Source: Octopus sinensis | Lineage: Eukaryota | Length of the DNA: 64,000 bases | Direction: 5' to 3' | Assembly: GCF_006345805.1 (NCBI RefSeq) | Contig: NC_043005.1 | Coordinates: 106,764,001-106,828,000 of the forward strand | Position numbers and translations under genes: made by a program | Shown: in pieces, positions 13,524 to 25,960 of the stretch | Layout of the letters: each line of letters starts with the position of its first letter | Position numbering within the stretch: the first letter of the stretch is position 1 | The notes under the pieces: model-generated | Told to the model about the DNA's origin: nothing | The model's database searches: none | Seen by the model: the letters and a program-made list of their open reading frames with translations, nothing else

Positions 13524-16147
13524 TCTGGGCAGAAGAAAAAACACACAACGAAAAGGCCCCCTGGATTGACAGAATATCTACAGAACTGGACCCCTTAGAA
13601 GAGCAAAAGTGGGAGGGTGTCAAGGTAGAAGATATAAGATCTGCTCTCAGGAGGTCAAGCAAATGGAAGTCTCCAGGAAAGGATAAAATTCCTAACTTCT
13701 GGCTGAATGCCTTCCCAGAGAGCCATGAACTGCTAACAGAACTGTACAATGATGTTTTGCAACACCCTAGTAGGATGCCTCCTTGGCTAGTTAATGGGTT
13801 AACATTCCTGCTTCCAAAAAGTGAAGAAACAAATGAACCAAAAATCTATAGACCCATAACCTGCTTAACAACTATGTACAAAACACTAACATCTGTCCTG
13901 ACGGAATATACCTATAGTTTTTTAACAGACAGCAGCATATTCCCTAATGAACAGAAAGGATGTAAACGTGGATCCTACGGCTGTAAAGACCAACTACTCA
14001 TCAATAAGATGATCTTAGAAGATTGTCACAAACGACAAAAAAACTTATCAATAGCCTGGATAGACTATAAAAAGGCTTTTGATAGCCTACCACATAGCTG
14101 GATTAGGAAATGCCTTGAAATGTATAAGATAGCACCAACTCTGCGAAACTTCTTGACTGTAAGTATGAGATCATGGAGAACCACACTAACTCTGAACAGT
14201 GACAGTGAATCCCTAAATGCTGGTGATGTAAAAATTTCGTGTGGCATTTTCCAGGGTGACTCACTGTCACCACTCCTCTTTTGTTTATCCTTAATACCTC
14301 TCTCAAAGCTGCTCAATGACGCGCAGTACGGGTATATAAAATGTTTGATAAAAATATAAATCATCTCGTTTACATGGATGATTTAAAGCTTTTTGCAAAA
14401 AATGATCAACAACTCAAGGGCTTACTAGCGATAGTCAAACAATTCAGTGACGACATCAGAATGCAATTCGGCCTCGATAAATGTGCAAAGGCTACCTTTA
14501 TCAAAGGAAAAATGACAGAAACATCTAACGTTAACCTTGACCAACAGAATGTCATAAAAGAACTAGACCCAGCGGAGAGCTACAAGTACCTAGGGGTAAT
14601 TGAAGGGAACGGAATAAGGCATTCAGAGATGAAGGAAAGGATCAGGAGAGAATGCTATCGAAGAGTGAGAGCAATACTCAAGACAGAGCTGAATGCAAGA
14701 AACAGGATCGAAGCAATCAATGCATTAGCTATACCAGTCGTGACTTACAGTTTCAAATATGTTAACTGGTCAATTACTGAAATATGTCAGCTCGACAGAA
14801 AAATAAGGAAACTGTTGACAATGCATAGAATGCACCACCCTAAGGCAGATACAGAACGACTCTATCTGCCAAGAAAAGAGGGAGGCCGTGGTCTTTTGCA
14901 ACTGGCAATAACAATGAAGATTGCTACAATTGGCCTAGACACCTACCTGAAAAACTCTGAGGACTGGATGTTAAAACTTGTCTCAAAACATGAAAACAAG
15001 AAAGCATCATACTCAGTCACAAAACAGGCAAAGGAATATCTAAGTGAATTCCGAATACAACCAATTTCGGAATTAGAGATAGACATACAAGAAACAACCA
15101 CAGAAAAAGCTAGGCGCATGAAAACCCGTGCCAAAACTGCGGCCTTAGATATTCTGAATAATAAATGGCAAGAAAAACTTCTCTATGGCAAATACCCAAA
15201 GAGAGCGAATAATGCAGATATCGACAAAGCCCTGACCCATCAATGGCTAATGGCCTCTGGCTTAAAATCTGAAACAGAGGGGTTTATCATAGCAGCTCAA
15301 GATCAATGCCTACCAACAAGAAACTACCAGGCCAACATATTAAAGATCAGAAGCAGTCCAACGTGTCGTGTATGCAAGCAACAAAATGAAACCATTGACC
15401 ATGTGGTCTCCAAGTGCAGTCTTCTAGCGCCTACAGAGTATCTCAACAGGCACGATAGAGCTGCACAAATATATCACTGGGTAATCTGTAAAAACCTGGA
15501 TTTGCCCCATGAAAAAAACTGGTGGGAACACAAACCACCCCAGTGCTTGAAAATGACCACATCTCACTCCTCTGGAACTTCACCATTCAAACTGACAGGA
15601 AGATAGATGCAAATAGGCCAGACATCATATTGAAAGACTTCAAACAAAGAACATGCCTCCTCATTGATATGACTGTCCCAATCGATATAAACGTATCTGT
15701 CAGGACCTACCAAAAACTGAGCAAATATAAAGATCTTGAAATAGAAACAGCAAAATGTGGTGGAAGCTGAAGACTAAAACAATACCTGTTGTCATAGGTG
15801 CCCTGGGAATGATAGCAAAAGGGGCAGATAGCTACCTAACTCAGATACCAGGAACCCAAAAAATGGCAGAAGTTCAAAAGATAGTGCTCATGGGAACTGC
15901 TCATATCCTACGCAAAATACTCTCTATGTAACCTCAAGGTTTAAAACAACCATAATTTTCGGTTTAAAAAAAAAAAAAAAAAAAACTTTTTCTTTTTTTA
16001 GACATTCATTAGTACAACATCCCCACCCCCAAATATATGGCACACTAGGCATAACAACAACATGAACTTCCACCCTGTTGTCTCTTGAGGTCTCTGGGTG
16101 AGACTTGGAGCCAACTTGTACAAATATAAAGCAAAGGTCAAACATAG
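13521..16147 (+). mobile_element. Young 5'-truncated R4/Dong-clade LINE (RT, CCHC, restriction-like endonuclease) inserted in (TAA)n
   Basis: KSPGKDKI; YRPITCL; WIDYKKAFDSLPH; IFQGDSLSPLLF; YMDDLKLF; CRVCKQQNETIDHVVSKC; RHD; RPDIILKD..IDMTVP..KLSKY; stop at about 15929-15931, then 3'UTR. Both flanks are (TAA)n. About three frameshifts (near 14340, 15535 and 15755). Confidence 0.95.
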
Positions 16148-16243
16148 AATAATAATAATAAAAAATAATAATGATGATGATAATAATAATAATAATAATA
16201 ATAATAATATAATAATAATATAATAATGATGATGATGATTGTG

Positions 16244-16282
<39 letters not shown>

Positions 16283-16315
16283 TAATAATAATGATGATGA
16301 TGATAGATAATAATA

Positions 16316-16348
<33 letters not shown>

Positions 16349-16350
16349 TA

Positions 16351-16398
<48 letters not shown>

Positions 16399-16431
16399 TA
16401 ATAATAATAATAATAATAATGATGATGATGA

Positions 16432-16470
<39 letters not shown>

Positions 16471-17026
16471 ATGCCCCGATGCAGTACCAGGCAGTGGCTC
16501 TCATGGCTTCTGATCTTAACTGATTGGAAGCGTTATCACGTACATTGTTTTGTCTTGGTATAAAAGATGGGCTACAGCAAATATTCTGCTCAATACCACA
16601 GATTTGCTTGTCAGTTGTTTGACCTTAACCAGTTGAGCATGTCCCTTAGTGGCTGACGATATGTGCATCTCTGATCACGAGCAGAAGTAGTGGGGGAGCA
16701 TCATAGCCATGTGTTGAGAGGGATTCTTTGGGGTTTGAATAGTTCACCTCTGGAAACATGGGTGGTTCTTTCAACATCCTTAAACAACCCTTATTCAGGG
16801 ACCGTTTGAGCGGGATGGGCTACTCGACCTGAAGAAAATTCTAACTGGGCCCCACCTGCAAGGTCATGTGCTGTTTATCTTGATATGAGATCACCATGTC
16901 GCGCACATATGGTTGTGATGCATGTGCCTGGTGTACCTTTGTCAGACGGGTAGTCATGATGGGTATATTGGGCTTCGTATATTTTACCCCAGTGTCACTT
17001 TGATGGCATGCTCTGCTCGCTCACTC
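16471..17026. mobile_element. 556-bp non-coding interspersed element in (TAA)n, copy 1
   Basis: About 94% identical by hand count to the copies at 18251 and 19006. (TAA)n on both sides. No real ORF, TIR or tRNA head seen. Confidence 0.85.
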
Positions 17027-17114
<88 letters not shown>

Positions 17115-17146
17115 GTAGTAATAATAATAATAATAAAAATAATAAT

Positions 17147-17213
<67 letters not shown>

Positions 17214-17243
17214 TAGATAATAATAATCACCATCATCATTATA

Positions 17244-17468
17244 ACGACGAGCTGGCAGAATCGTTATCACGCCGGGCGAAATGCTTGCTGTACTTTGGCT
17301 ACCGTTATGTCTTGAGTTCAAATTACACCGAGGTCGACTTTGCCTTTCATTCTTTCGGGGTCGATTAAATATGTACCAGTTACACACTGGAGTCGATGTA
17401 ATCAACGTAAACCCTTTGCCTGTCCTTGTTTGTCTCCTCTATGTTTAGCCCCTTATGGGCAATAAAGA
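17244..17468 (+). mobile_element. tRNA-derived SINE, family C
   Basis: gagctggcagaatcgttatcacg...gagttcaaattacaccgaggtcgactttgcctttcattctttcggggtcgat. The body resembles the Meta-domain type as I recall it (unverified). Confidence 0.88.
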
Positions 17469-17496
17469 TATTAACAACAACAACAACAATAATAAT

Positions 17497-17675
17497 GAGA
17501 TTAGAATAGAATGCTCGGTAGAGCTCCTACACAAAGTTTGTCTCTTAGCGAGAGCAAAGATTACCAGGAGGGTTCTAAACACATGAAAGACAGCTGAAAA
17601 TTTGTGGTTGGCTTAGGTTACAGGTAGTAACCCGCTGCCTACTTGAATCCTACTAGTAATGAGACCGAACTTAAA
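17497..17675 (+). mobile_element. Extreme 3' end of a third R4/Dong-like LINE family
   Basis: Translates EIRIECSVELLHKVCLLARAKITRRVLNT*, similar to the C-termini of the other two copies, followed by a distinct UTR and TAA-like repeats. Confidence 0.65.
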
Positions 17676-17719
17676 TAATACCAAAATAATACTAAAAACC
17701 AAACCAAAATAATAATAAT

Positions 17720-17926
17720 CCTTTCTAAAAAAAGCAAAAGGCCAGAAATTTTGGGGTGAGTGAAATAGTCAATTACATCGATTCCTGTACTCAACTGGTA
17801 GTTAATTTTTGGATCACAGGAGGAACTAAGGCAAAGTCAACCTCGGCGGTATTTAAACATAGAACATGAAGACGGACGAAATTCCGGTATTTCGCCCGGC
17901 GTGGTAACGATTCAACCAGTTCACTG

Positions 17927-17929
<3 letters not shown>
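17720..17929 (-). mobile_element. tRNA-derived SINE, family C (inverted relative to 17244)
   Basis: aaggcaaagtcaacctcggcggtatttaaac...ttcgcccggcgtggtaacgattc is the reverse complement of the family C head and body. Confidence 0.85.
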
Positions 17930-17992
<63 letters not shown>

Positions 17993-18150
17993 TAATAATA
18001 AATATAATAATAATAATAATAACAACAACAACAATAACAGTAATAAGAATGGTAATAATAATTATAATAACAACAACAACAATAATAAGAATGATAATAA
18101 TAATAATAATAATAATAACAACAACAACAATAAGAATGATAATAATAATA

Positions 18151-18213
<63 letters not shown>

Positions 18214-18250
18214 TAATAATAATAATAACAATAACAATAACAATAATAAA

Positions 18251-18806
18251 TGTCCTGATGCAGTGCCAGGCAGTGACTCTCGTGGCTTCTGATCTTAACT
18301 GATTGGAAGTGTTATCATGTACATTGTTTTTGTCTTGGTATAAAAGATGGGCTACAGCAAATATTCTGCTCAATACCACAGATTGGCTTGTCAGTTGTTT
18401 GACCTTAACCAGTTGAGCATGTCCCTTAGTGTATGACGATATGTGTATCTCTGATCACGAGCAGAAGTAGTGGGGGAGCTTCATAGCCATGTGTTGAAAG
18501 GAATTCTTGGAGGTTTGGATAATTCACCTCTGGAAACATGGGTGGTTCGTTCAACATCTTTAAACAATCCTTATTCAGGGACCTTTTGAGCAGGATAGGC
18601 TACTCGACCAGAAGAAAATTCTAACTGGGCCCCACCTGCAAGGTCATGTGATGTTTATCTTGATATGAGATCACCATGTCGCGCACATATGGTTGTGATG
18701 CATGTGCCTGGTGTACCCTTATCAGACGGGTAGTCATGATGGGTATATTGGGCTTCGTATATTTTACCCCAGTGTCACTTTGATGGCATGCACTGCTCTC
18801 TCACCC
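18251..18806. mobile_element. 556-bp (TAA)n-embedded element, copy 2
   Basis: Same sequence family as 16471. Confidence 0.85.
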
Positions 18807-18907
18807 AATAATGATAATAATAATAATAATAATAATAATGATAATAATAATAATGATAATAATAATAATAATGATGATAATAATAATAATAGTAGTAGTA
18901 GTAATAA

Positions 18908-18951
<44 letters not shown>

Positions 18952-19005
18952 TATAATAATAATATAATAATATAATATAATAACAATAACAATAACAATA
19001 ATAAA

Positions 19006-19561
19006 TGTCCTGATGCAGTGCCAGGCAGTGACTCTCGTGGCTTCTGATCTTAACTGATTGGAAGTGTTATCATGTACATTGTTTTTGTCTTGGTATAAAA
19101 GATGGGCTACAGCAAATATTCTGCTCAATACCACAGATTGGCTTGTCAGTTGTTTGACCTTAACCAGTTGAGCATGTCCCTTAGTGTATGACGATATGTG
19201 TATCTCTGATCACGAGCAGAAGTAGTGGGGGAGCTTCATAGCCATGTGTTGAAAGGAATTCTTGGAGGTTTGGATAATTCACCTCTGGAAACATGGGTGG
19301 TTCGTTCAACATCTTTAAACAATCCTTATTCAGGGACCTTTTGAGCGGGATAGGCTACTCGACCAGAAGAAAATTCTAACTGGGCCCCACCTGCAAGGTC
19401 ATGTGATGTTTATCTTGATATGAGATCACCATGTCGCGCACATATGGTTGTGATGCATGTGCCTGGTGTACCCTTATCAGACGGGTAGTCATGATGGGTA
19501 TATTGGGCTTCGTATATTTTACCCCAGTGTCACTTTGATGGCATGCACTGCTCTCTCACCC
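19006..19561. mobile_element. 556-bp (TAA)n-embedded element, copy 3 (tandem duplicate of copy 2, period 755 bp)
   Basis: One substitution seen relative to copy 2 (gagcaggat vs gagcgggat). Same (AATAAC)n lead-in. Confidence 0.88.
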
Positions 19562-19696
19562 AATAATGATAATAATAATAATAATAATAATAATGATAAT
19601 AATAATATGATAATAATAATAATAATAATAATAATGATAATAATAATAATGATAATAATAATAATAATGATAATAATAATAATAATAGTAGTAGTA

Positions 19697-19784
<88 letters not shown>

Positions 19785-19824
19785 TAATAATAATAATAAT
19801 AAAATGATGATGATGATGGTGATG

Positions 19825-19884
<60 letters not shown>

Positions 19885-20924
19885 TTAATAATAGCAATAA
19901 CGATGAAGTCATTGTATTTTTTTTCTTATAATTGCCACTAATATTATCATAAATAGAAGCATGAGTATTAGCATTGCCGTTGTTTCTGCTGTTGCCATGT
20001 TTTTTAGTTTATGATGATGATGATGATGATGATGATGACGACGACGACGACGTTGACGATGACAACGACGAAGACGATGATGACTATGTGATGATGATGA
20101 TGAGAATGATGTTTTCTGTGTCTTTGGTTGTCTTTGCAATTTTCTTTTACTTTCGTTTTTCAACTCTCGCTTTAATATAAATGCAATAGAAAAATCTCCA
20201 TTATCATCACCATCATTGTTATCATTATTAGTATTTATTATTATTATTAATACTATTGTTATTATTATTACTATTATTGTTGTTGTTGTTGTTGTTGTTG
20301 ATGATGATGTTGTTGTTGTTATTTTATTTGAGTTGTTTTCGATTTCTTAGTTTGAATTATTCCAACATTGTTTTTTTTCTATTTTCTCATTTTTATACTT
20401 ATGAATGAGTGCAACACACAAGAACTTACACCCCCCCATACACACACACACACACACACACACACTCATACACACACACATGCACACACTCACTCACACA
20501 CACTCACATGCATACACACATACATATGCATACATATATATATACATACATACACATATATTTGTTTGTGTATATGTGTGTGAGTGGTAATTTGTGTATG
20601 TGCATATATTTTTTTCTTTCTTTACTCAATTAGATTTAATATTAAGGCAATGATTGACAATTTCAAAAATCGCAAAAATCTGATGATTCGGTAAAAAAAA
20701 TCATATCTCTTGAAAAGCAAAACAAAACAAAAAAGTGAAATGAAAATAAAATAACGCAATAAAAAAAAAATGAAAAAAAAATATTTCCCTTTTTTCCTAC
20801 TTGGTGCTGTGATTACAAAATAAGCGAAATAAAGAATTAATAGGCTGCGGTCAAATTTTCTAATAATCATATAGATTTCAATTCTGATTTGTTCATATTT
20901 TTCGTCATGTTTATTTTGTGAAAT

Positions 20925-21007
<83 letters not shown>

Positions 21008-21306
21008 TTATATAAGCGTGTGTACACATTTACATATATATGGATATGTGTATGTATATATAATTTTATAGAAATATATCAGAAAATAATAATTGGTGAT
21101 TGTAAGTGCAGGGAAGATGGTAGGAAGGGATGGCGAGGAAAATTGAACAAAATAAATTCTGAAGATAAAAATGAAAATTTATTTTTATTATCTTCATTTA
21201 TCATTTATTCCCCCTTTTTTCATTTCTCTCTGTATTTATACTTATGTGTATATTCATGGGAGCAAGATGTGTAGATGCAAATGTACGTGTGTATATATAT
21301 ATATAT

Positions 21307-21341
<35 letters not shown>

Positions 21342-21379
21342 ATGGTATGTATATACACATGTGTATCTGTCTATAAATG

Positions 21380-21415
<36 letters not shown>

Positions 21416-22355
21416 TACGCATGCATTATATTTCCTCGAATAAATTGGAAATTGGAAGTAAAATCAAAACTATTGTCTTGATGCGTTTACAATCACCAGA
21501 ACTGCGTCCTCTCTTCTCTATCATCATTTTACACTTAATAGCACATCACTTCAGCTCCTGTATATCCTGTTCCCCAAATTTTCCACCCTTATCAATCCAT
21601 CCATTTCTGCTCGTTTTCTTCTTCTTCTTCTCCTCCTTATTCTCCTCATCATCCTCAACAACACGATAACGATCATCATAATGATTATCACTCCCTTTGC
21701 CTACTTGATAATTGTCTTATCATCATCATCATCATTAATCATCATCATCATGATCATCATCATTAACATCACCAGCCACGCAGTCCTTGTCGTCATCATC
21801 AGCATCATAACCATCATCATCACGTCCACGACGACGACCACCAGCATAGCAACGTAAGTTTCAATACAACAAATAGAACAATAACAAATACAACTACTAT
21901 TACTAACACACCAATAACACTTATCTGAATCACCATGAAAAATACAACCATCACCTCAAACACTTGCAACACAAGTCCCTGCCAATACCGCCCACAACAT
22001 CACTACACAACCTCCGACCCCCTCACCACCACCAAGAACGTAAATTTAGCTTCGCAGCATCCAAACAATACCAACACCACAATAACCATTTCTATTATCA
22101 CTACCAGCAATAATTTCATCATTTACACCCTTACTCATTCAAGTCATATCTGAGCATCTCCAAAGCGAACGAAGATATTGGACACTGCAGACTCTAGATA
22201 TGCAAAAAAGGGAGTGCTCTCTCATGGTTGGAATGTGTTTGATACAGACATACATAAATACGTACATGCATGCATACATAACATACATACATACATACAT
22301 ACATACATACATACATACATACATACAAACATACATACATACATACATACATACA

Positions 22356-22387
<32 letters not shown>

Positions 22388-22949
22388 GAAACCGGCTCTT
22401 TCTCTGTTGGCAAGAAATCTTGAAATAAAACTGAACAATGACATACATGCATGCATACATACATACATACATACATACATACATACATGGTGGCTGCCCC
22501 CTCGTTATCGAGTATGGCCATTGCACGAAGCTTAATCAATGTTGTTATCGTGCAATGCCTGTGCAAGAAAACTTTTTTAAGTGAGGAAAGGCTGTACACT
22601 GAGTCAATCCCACTTACTAAGCAACAGCAGGCATAATCCGAAAAGAAGAACAATTCAACATCATCGGTAACCACTGAGCCGCATGTTTTATGTGGGAATT
22701 ATCCCAGTTACCTGAGTTACCCTCTAGAAGGATGTCCTAACAAAGGCTAGGAGTCCTTCACTCCCAATATATACATACATACATATATACATACTTACAT
22801 GTGTCTGTTTGTCTTTATGCATGCATTTATACTCATTTAAGTATCAACTGGGATTAAAAGTCATGTCATTATGACATATTTTCAAATATGACTATTTTCA
22901 TCTTCATCATCACCCTCCTCCTCGGTATCATCATCATCATCATCATGGC

Positions 22950-22994
<45 letters not shown>

Positions 22995-23532
22995 TTACTT
23001 CATCACGATCATCCTCATTTCATTATATTGAGAATTTACCTGAAAGCAAGTTTCCGCTATGTTGTCAAATTGTTCGATTGTCTTGACATTGTTCGGCATG
23101 CAGTCATCATATTAGTTGTTAGGCAATCATATTCCCATATCATGTTATATCATCGTGTTGCTTTTGTGTGATGGTTTCATTTCAGATGTATATTCATTTT
23201 GTTATGTGCAATTTTGGTTGTGTTATATTCTCATTACATAATACCATCATGTGATCATAACATGATGGCACAACAATACAGAAGTCACAATAGGACATTG
23301 CAACAAACAAGCTGACAACCTGTCGCCATATTATGTCATCTTATATTGTCATGTGGATATTCTTTCATTCCATCAAATATGTTCACATGTTGTTGTGTTC
23401 TCATACTGTCCAGTAATAGTTGTTATATGATGCTGCGATAATGTCCTGTCACATTGCTACGCCTTTACCTATCTGCTTCTGTGACCGTGTGAATGTTTCT
23501 GTCAGTTTCTCAATGAATTTATGTATATATAT

Positions 23533-23913
23533 GGAGGCGCAATGGCCCAGTGGTTAGGGCAGCGGACTCGCGGTCATAGGATCGCGGTTTCGATTCCCAG
23601 ACCGGGCGTTGTGAGTGTTTATTGAGCGAAAACACCTAAAGCTCCACGAGGCTCCGGCAGGGATGGTGGTGATCTCTGTTGTACTCTTTCACCACAACTT
23701 TCTCTCACTCTTACTTCCTGTTTCTGTTGTACCTGTATTTCAAAGGGCCGGCCTTGTCACTCTCTGTGTCACGCTGAATGTCCCCGAGAACTACGTTAAG
23801 GGTACACGTGTTTGTGGAGTGCTCAGCCACTTACACGTTAATTTCATGAGCAGGCTGTTCCGTTGATTCGGATCAACCGGAACCCTCGTCGTCGTAACCG
23901 ACGGAGTGCTTCC
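23533..23913 (+). mobile_element. tRNA-derived SINE, family B (tail type 1)
   Basis: ggaggcgcaatggcccagtggttagggcagcgg...ggtttcgattccc head; tgagtgtttattgagcgaaaacacctaaagctccacgagg body. Head and body match 46033 and 47838. Confidence 0.92.
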
Positions 23914-23957
23914 ATCCATATATATTATATATATATATTATATATATATGTATATAC

Positions 23958-24093
23958 ATGTTCAATTTGAAAACTCCACTAGAGCGGACGAAAGCGCTAA
24001 TATATGATGTATGAGTTATAAAAACATGTAACATACTAAGAAATATCTGTGATATAAAACCATCCAGATTTCTGAGTACCGCATTTCTTCTAA
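23958..24093 (-). repeat. ~135-bp (TA)n-associated interspersed repeat
   Basis: Reverse-complement match to the two tandem copies at 41959-42230 (strand is given relative to those). Confidence 0.85.
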
Positions 24094-24128
24094 TATATAA
24101 TACCTGTATATCATCTCCAAACCTTCTA

Positions 24129-24198
<70 letters not shown>

Positions 24199-25828
24199 CA
24201 CATACACATGTATGCATGTATGTATTTATAATGAATACATCAGTAAAATTCTAGCGAAACAGGTGTCGTAAATTTTAGACCTCATTTATGACTTTTTATA
24301 CATATACCGCAACCAGAAAGAGCCCTGAATCAGATGGACGTTTTAAAACAGACACACCCAAGGGTAAACATGATTCCTATACCTTCATCCTTGTTTTACC
24401 TTAGTGTGAACCCTGTTATTATACCTAACCATTTCTGGCATCCTCCGTGCTGATCTGCATAGACTCTATCTATCTATTCTAGCCATATGTGTTTGTATGT
24501 CTGTGTGCGTGCGTATGCGTGCGTGTGCGTGTGTGTGTGTGTGTGTTTGTCTGCACGTGTGCGTGTGTGTGTGCATGTGTTTATAATTATGGAAAACATG
24601 ACAGGTTAACACAGGGAAAGGACCCTTAATCAGTTGTTGGCTGTATAACTACTCTTCATTTCGAGCGTATATATACACACATAAATCCGTTTACTGAAAC
24701 ACATGCACTCACCCATGTACAATCACGCACTTAGAATATTCCTTCTTCCAAAAACTGTAATAGATATGATCGTGCAAAGAAGTACAATTATTTTTGCAAA
24801 TACTATGTTGCAGTTACTTATTAATACCACGAATAAAGATTATACATTGTAAAAATTAGGGAAAAGGTAATTTCATACGCTTACTCATTACATTCTGACA
24901 TGTTTTGTTGAATTTCACTAAAAATAATTACATCATTAAATTATTGGACATTGTATAAGAAACAAAACATTTAAATCTTCAAATATCAGTAGTTCGCATG
25001 TTGTTAATATGTTCCTGTTGAAACAATATGTCGTATCAGAAAGCAAATATTTCGTTTATTACGCAATCTCTGACGATTGTTTTTTTAAAGATATGATTGC
25101 AAATTAAAACTTCGGAAGAACAAATGCATTCATTAAAGAAACAAGTGTTAGAAAGGAAAGTATGTGACAAGAGTTGCATGCATATTTTAACCTTAACCTT
25201 CCCTCAAACGTATATAAATGCTTACAAATTAATACACATCTTTTGAAATACGCATATACAGTGATACCTCGCAGGACGAATTAGTTTATTCCATGACCGA
25301 GCTTATCTTACGATTTTCTCGTTTACAAATCAATTTTCCTCATTGAAATTAATTGAAATATAATTAATTCGTTCCAGCCCACCAAAAAAAACAAAAAAAA
25401 CCCCAAAACACTTTAAAATAATTTTTAGGGGTTTTAAAACAGAAAAAGAGTAGTTACAAATAAAATGACGATTATAAAGAAAGAATGCAAAAGAAATACA
25501 TGTAAATTGGTTTTATTAACTGAATTACCTTAAAGACGGGACGACATGTGTTCTGGTACTTCGGATTGCTGCTTGTACTTCAAGACAAAAATGCGCACGA
25601 GTTTCGGCTCGTACAGCAAATTACTCGTACAATGATGCACTCGTACTGCGAGGTTCTGGCGCAGCATGGCCGCAGCCTCAAGGCTGTAACATATAAAAGA
25701 ATGTATGTGTGTATATGCTTGTGTATGTATGTATGCTTGTATGTATGTGTTTATATGCATATACATACATATATATATATATATACGAATCTATCTGTCT
25801 ATATTATCTCTTTCTATGCATACACTAC

Positions 25829-25884
<56 letters not shown>

Positions 25885-25929
25885 ACACAACACACATATA
25901 TATATATGTATAAGGGTGGAAAGGTGTTT

Positions 25930-25960
<31 letters not shown>

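Noticed and set aside
16471-16530. Short similarity of the 556-bp element to U2 snRNA motifs (cctggta.tgca; atcagtt.aa.atc)
   Set aside because: The two short matches are adjacent here but far apart in U2, with no overall colinearity.
16645-16690. CTGACGA in copy 1 of the 556-bp element as a hammerhead core
   Set aside because: There is no downstream helix II or GAAA, and the motif is altered in copies 2 and 3.
12476-20180. Poly-I/N/Y/L ORFs in the track
   Set aside because: These are translations of (TAA)n-type microsatellites, not genes.
23533-23605. tRNA gene
   Set aside because: No proper cloverleaf or acceptor stem closure. It continues into a SINE body found in three copies.
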